DNA of 64,000 bases, from the NCBI RefSeq assembly GCF_006345805.1, contig NC_043007.1, forward strand, positions 58,962,001-59,026,000, written 5' to 3'. Below, piece after piece: positions 59,489 to 64,000 of this stretch (position 1 is its first letter; every line of letters starts with the position of its first letter). The translations under genes and the position numbers were made by a program. The stretch comes from Octopus sinensis. Taxonomy: Eukaryota. The notes below the pieces were generated by a model, which saw only the letters and a program-made list of their open reading frames with translations, had not been told where the DNA came from and did no database searches.

Positions 59489-62164
59489 CGAACACATAGC
59501 TGTTAGATATCATTATGCTGTTGGCAAGTCATACTGCAATAGCAACAGATGGTCCTTCTTGCCCCTACCTGGCCAACTGTCCAAATAGTTCTTTGTTAGA
59601 TCAGATGTCAAAGTGTGTAAACATCCACAGACACATACAGACAATAAATTACTTAATATTAATAGTAATAATTTAAAGTGAAGCATTTGTATACGTATGC
59701 ACAAGCATTTGAGCATGCATATATATATATATATATATATGTATATATGAGGGGGAGTATCATCATCATCATCATCATTTTTAACATCAACTTTTCTTTG
59801 TTTGTATGAGTCAGACAGATACTTTTTATGATTGAATGTCCTTTCTGTCATGAAGTTTCCAAGTAAGACAATATTTCCACATTGTCAGACATGTTTTTCA
59901 CAAAATATTGGAAATGAACCACATGGTTTCGTATGAAGGTGATTTTTATTTTACAACTGTTGCATACTATCAAGACAAAGAGATACTTACACATTCTCAC
60001 TTTAAAGATGCAAGCATGGGTCTGTGGTGAAGTTGGTTTTCAACCATATGATTTCAGGTTGAGTCCTATTAAGTAGGATCTTGAGCATGTATTACCTACT
60101 ATAGGTCCAGGCTGACCAAAGTCTTGTGAATGGATTTGATAGATGGAAACTAAAAGAAGCCTACTATATATGCATGTGTGTGTGTGTGTGTTCATGTCTT
60201 GACAGTGTGCAACAGTTGTAAATGTGTAACACTGTCATACAAGTGGTGTTATTCCTTTTCAATCTTCCATGGAAACATATCTGGCCATTGGGAAACAAAA
60301 CCTTTCTTGGTGACAGCAAGGGTTGTACAAAACATGTCTTGATAAATTCCATTTAGTGGATGCAAACATGGAAAAGTGGACTATAATCAATGTTGATGAT
60401 GAAGATACTTATTAATAGGTATAGCACAATTATTCATATGCAAGTACAACTAGCTTTATGTAAGAAGCAGTCCCTAAGTTTGTCTATAGAAAAATTTTAC
60501 ATTTTCATTAGGGCTGTCTAAATAACAAGTAAATGATTCAAGATGCGTTCTCTGTGAAATTTTGTGTAAGATGAGAATGTCAGAGGAAATATTCAACAAG
60601 CTCCTACAAAACTTCACAGAGTTGTCATCGTGAATAATTCATTTATCATTTAGACAAGTACAGGCATGGCTATGTGGTAAGAAGCTTGCTTCCCAACCAC
60701 ATAGTTCTGGGCAAATGTCTTCTACTATGGCCTCAGGTTGACCAAAGCCTTATGAGTGAATTTGGTAGACAGAAATTGAAAGAAACTGTAAGAGATACAG
60801 TTTCTGAGAAGTGTAGGAACTATGACATTTGTTGATCTCGTAAAACTTGTTAGATTAGTGCAGTCAATGTTTATTTTAAAATTCTGTAGGAAGATACTTG
60901 GAGAAAAAAACAACAAAAACCAAAAATTCTAATGTTGCTATGAGAGATTTTGAGGCTGGAACCATCAATGATTTTGTATTCTGTGACTGTATACATTGGC
61001 ACAGTTTGTAGTGCAAGACTTCACTTGATATATGTGGCAATCATATCCTTTTTGCTATAGAAGTAGATGAAGTTTCCATTGCAAATACACCAACATCAGT
61101 TGTCAAGTGATGGAGGGACAAACAGAGACACAAACACACACATATATATACATATATATGATGGGCTTCTCTCAGTTTTCATTTATGAAATCCACTCACA
61201 AGGCTTTGGTCAGCTCGAGGCTATAGTAGAAGACACTCTACAAAGTATAGAGTTAACTTTTCTTCCCTACCCATTTTTCTGGTCTCCTTTCACAGCTATA
61301 CCCCGTTAGAAATTTGCATTAGCTTTTGTATGAAAAAAACAAAACAAAAAAAAAACAGAAGGGAGTGGGATTTGTTTGTAGTTTCTAAAGAAAATGTTAA
61401 ACATACCCAAAAAAAACATGATCCCCCCCCCCCTTGCAACTAAAAGACATGAAGAACTATCAAACAAGGCTAATAAGTACAGGGGGTGGGGGAAAGGAGA
61501 GAGAACTAACACTTGATCCCTCTAGAACTCCAAGAATGGAAACCTAAACACCTGATAAACTTACTCTCTATTCATTACTAAATCTCTTTCACTCTTCATT
61601 GTCAAAAGTAAAGAAGCTAGAAAAGATTGAACGTATTTCAGTCTAATCGTCATTTTAAATGACAGAGGCATTCCTTTCCCTGTCTCTATCATTCCACTCC
61701 TTTTCTCCATGGTTAAGAGAGTGAAGGTGCGTGGCTCAGTGGTTAGGGGTATTTGGCCCACAATCGTAAGGTCATGAGTACGATTCCTGGTGGCACACGG
61801 TATTCTTGAGCAAGGCACTCTACTTCACCTCACTGCAGTTCATTCAGCTGGCAAAAATGAATTGTAGCTCTTATTGAAAGGGACTAGCCTTATCACATTC
61901 TGTGTGAGGCTGAATCTCCCTGAGAACTACGTTAATGGTATACATGTCTCTGGAGTACTCAGCCGCTTGCGTGTTAATTTTACAAGCAGACTATTCCATT
62001 GATTTGATAAACAGGAACCTTGTCATCATAACAGATAAACAGGAACCTCATCATTGTAACTGACAGAGTGCCATTTTTTAAAAAGAGTGAAAGGAAAGGA
62101 AATGTTCCATATCGTAAGGCAAAAATGTGTTCAGTTTAAGCAGTGAAAGCTAAGACAAAATAAT

Positions 62165-62275
62165 TGCTATTCCGTTGTGTAGTGACTTTGCACTGGACTC
62201 ATGCTCAGTTTGATAACAACCTGCGCATCAGTGTTGGCCTCCAGATCTGTGAGACCCACAAATGTTGCTGTTAGG
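62165..62275 (+). mobile_element. CRE-clade-like non-LTR fragment
   Basis: FDNNLRISVGLQICETHKCCC resembles the LRIAVGLRLG..ICEPH.C.CG motif. Confidence 0.45.
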
Positions 62276-64000
62276 ACTTGATTTAACACCCATAGTGACC
62301 CTAACAACTAAAAAGATTTTCCTACCCCTATAAAGGATCTTTTTGGGTTTTCTTCCAACCACTTGAAGGTTTATCTTGCTCCAGTCTACTCAGCTGGCCA
62401 AAATGAGTTGTAGCTGTAATTGAAAGGGGTCGGCCTTGTCAGATTCAATGTGAGGCTGAATCACCCTGAGAACTACGTTAATGGTATGCATGTCTGGGGA
62501 GTACTCAGCCACTTGCACATTAATTCTATCCTCATGTGGTAATGAAAAGTGAAAGCGATATCTAATATTTGCTGTAGTTAATTTGTCTTTGATTTAACAA
62601 TGTGTCTATGTATCTATTTTTCTTTTGATCTATGTATCTACTTTCCGTTTGAAAATACTGATAGACATTTAAAAAATCAAAAAGGAACACCATCTTCCTT
62701 TCAGTACCACTCGCTGTCTCTCTCACTTCCTTTCTCCTGCTTTGCCACTCACTTCAACTATACCTCCTCTGCTTAACACCTTTTATTTCTCTTTTTCTTT
62801 GTACCTCTCCCTTCAACCTTTTCACCTCTTCCTTTGAAGTAAGTGTGACACACACCACAGGTATGTATGTATGTACAAAAACAGAAAGTTAGCATATCAA
62901 TATTATTGATTGTTAAATTCTGCCAAGGTTGACTTTGCTTTCCATGTTTTTGAGGTCAATAAAATAAGTACCAGTTGAGTACTGGGGTTGATGAAACTAA
63001 CTTTCAGGCCTTGTAGAAAGGATTATTAATATTTCATCTCTCGGCATAAAGCCTCAAATTTTGGTGGGAAGGCGGATAGTCAATTACATCAATCCCAGTG
63101 CTCAACTGGTACATATTTCATTGATCCTGAAAGGATAAAAGGCAAAGGAGATCTTGGGTTAATCAAAGAAATGATCCCAACAGGACAACTATCCAGGGTT
63201 AATAAAAAAAAAAAACAAGCATTAAAACAGATTTTTGTAGAAGAGGGATAAAGGCGATGGAATATGTGTAGATGGTCAACCTGTTAAAAATGGAAACCAA
63301 ATTTCCCTAAAATCTCACTCTATCATTTTATTTAAGAACAGAACAAATCAGAAACTGCAGCATGCATACCCTAAGAAAGACAGGATAGTCCTGTCTAGAA
63401 TACATTTGATCATAGGTCTACTTTAAACAACAATAACAATTTGAAAGTGTTAATGTGAGGGGAAAATAACAACAATGATTTGAATTAGAAGACTTTAAAT
63501 TTAAGTATTGAAAAAGTGTATGAGATTAAGTGACAGTCATGTTTTCTCTAGGGCCATCAGAAGTCGAATGATAACAACTGCAATTGTCACCAACTTAGCT
63601 TGCCACCACCACAACTACAGCTACGACAACCAGCACAGCAACAACAACTCAACATCAACAACAACGAAAAGAATGCCAGAAATGTTCTCAGGTATCTCTA
63701 GTGATATTTAAATTACAATGGCTGCTTTTATTCAGTCGTGCTATAAAAAATATATATCTACTTGACAAAAGTAGTTCCCTTTCCTTGAGGTCTACTCTCA
63801 AAGACTGGAGGAGCTGATACACAGGAAAACACAACCCCTTAGTCATAACAGCTTTTAACCTACATCTAATATAGCTTTGTTTAGTCAAGGGTAGAGACTA
63901 GTGTCTGGTGCTTTAAAATCTCATTTTAGACTAAAGGAATGCTAGATATATATTTTAATAGACAAGTCTTTGTCCTAGACTAGAATTGTTTGATATCATA

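Noticed and set aside
61725-61800. tRNA gene
   Set aside because: The tRNA-like A/B boxes continue directly into a SINE body seen elsewhere in the window, and the acceptor stem is not convincing. The same applies to the other SINE heads.

Overview
AT-rich, microsatellite- and transposon-saturated animal genomic DNA. The SINE, MITE and LINE landscape looks most like an octopus or other coleoid cephalopod (my recognition, not a database result). There are no prokaryotic features, CRISPR arrays or rRNA/tRNA genes. Only one protein-coding gene is convincing: an intact single-exon p24/TMED (TMED7/TMED3-like) ORF at 58117-58818 (-), with a cluster of UPR-type ACGT/CCACG motifs about 0.6 kb upstream. 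Almost everything else is nested mobile DNA: mariner elements and MITEs, two different half Gypsy elements, R4/Dong, CR1, RTE, Tx1 and CRE fragments, a Helentron-like element and dozens of SINEs. The most structured object is a 3.2 kb Penelope-like element (14473-17689) with inverted GIY-YIG arms about 97% identical in the ORF. Each arm carries a type I hammerhead ribozyme motif and an in-frame poly-Asn (AAT)n linker, and in one arm that linker has been invaded by a (TAA)n-targeting Dong/R4 retrotransposon. Further hammerhead motifs lie at 47.7 kb and 20.7 kb. Two short duplications were apparently templated from neighbouring loci 1.2-3.7 kb away. Coordinates of degenerate repeats were read by eye and are approximate. 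No host multi-exon gene could be established.
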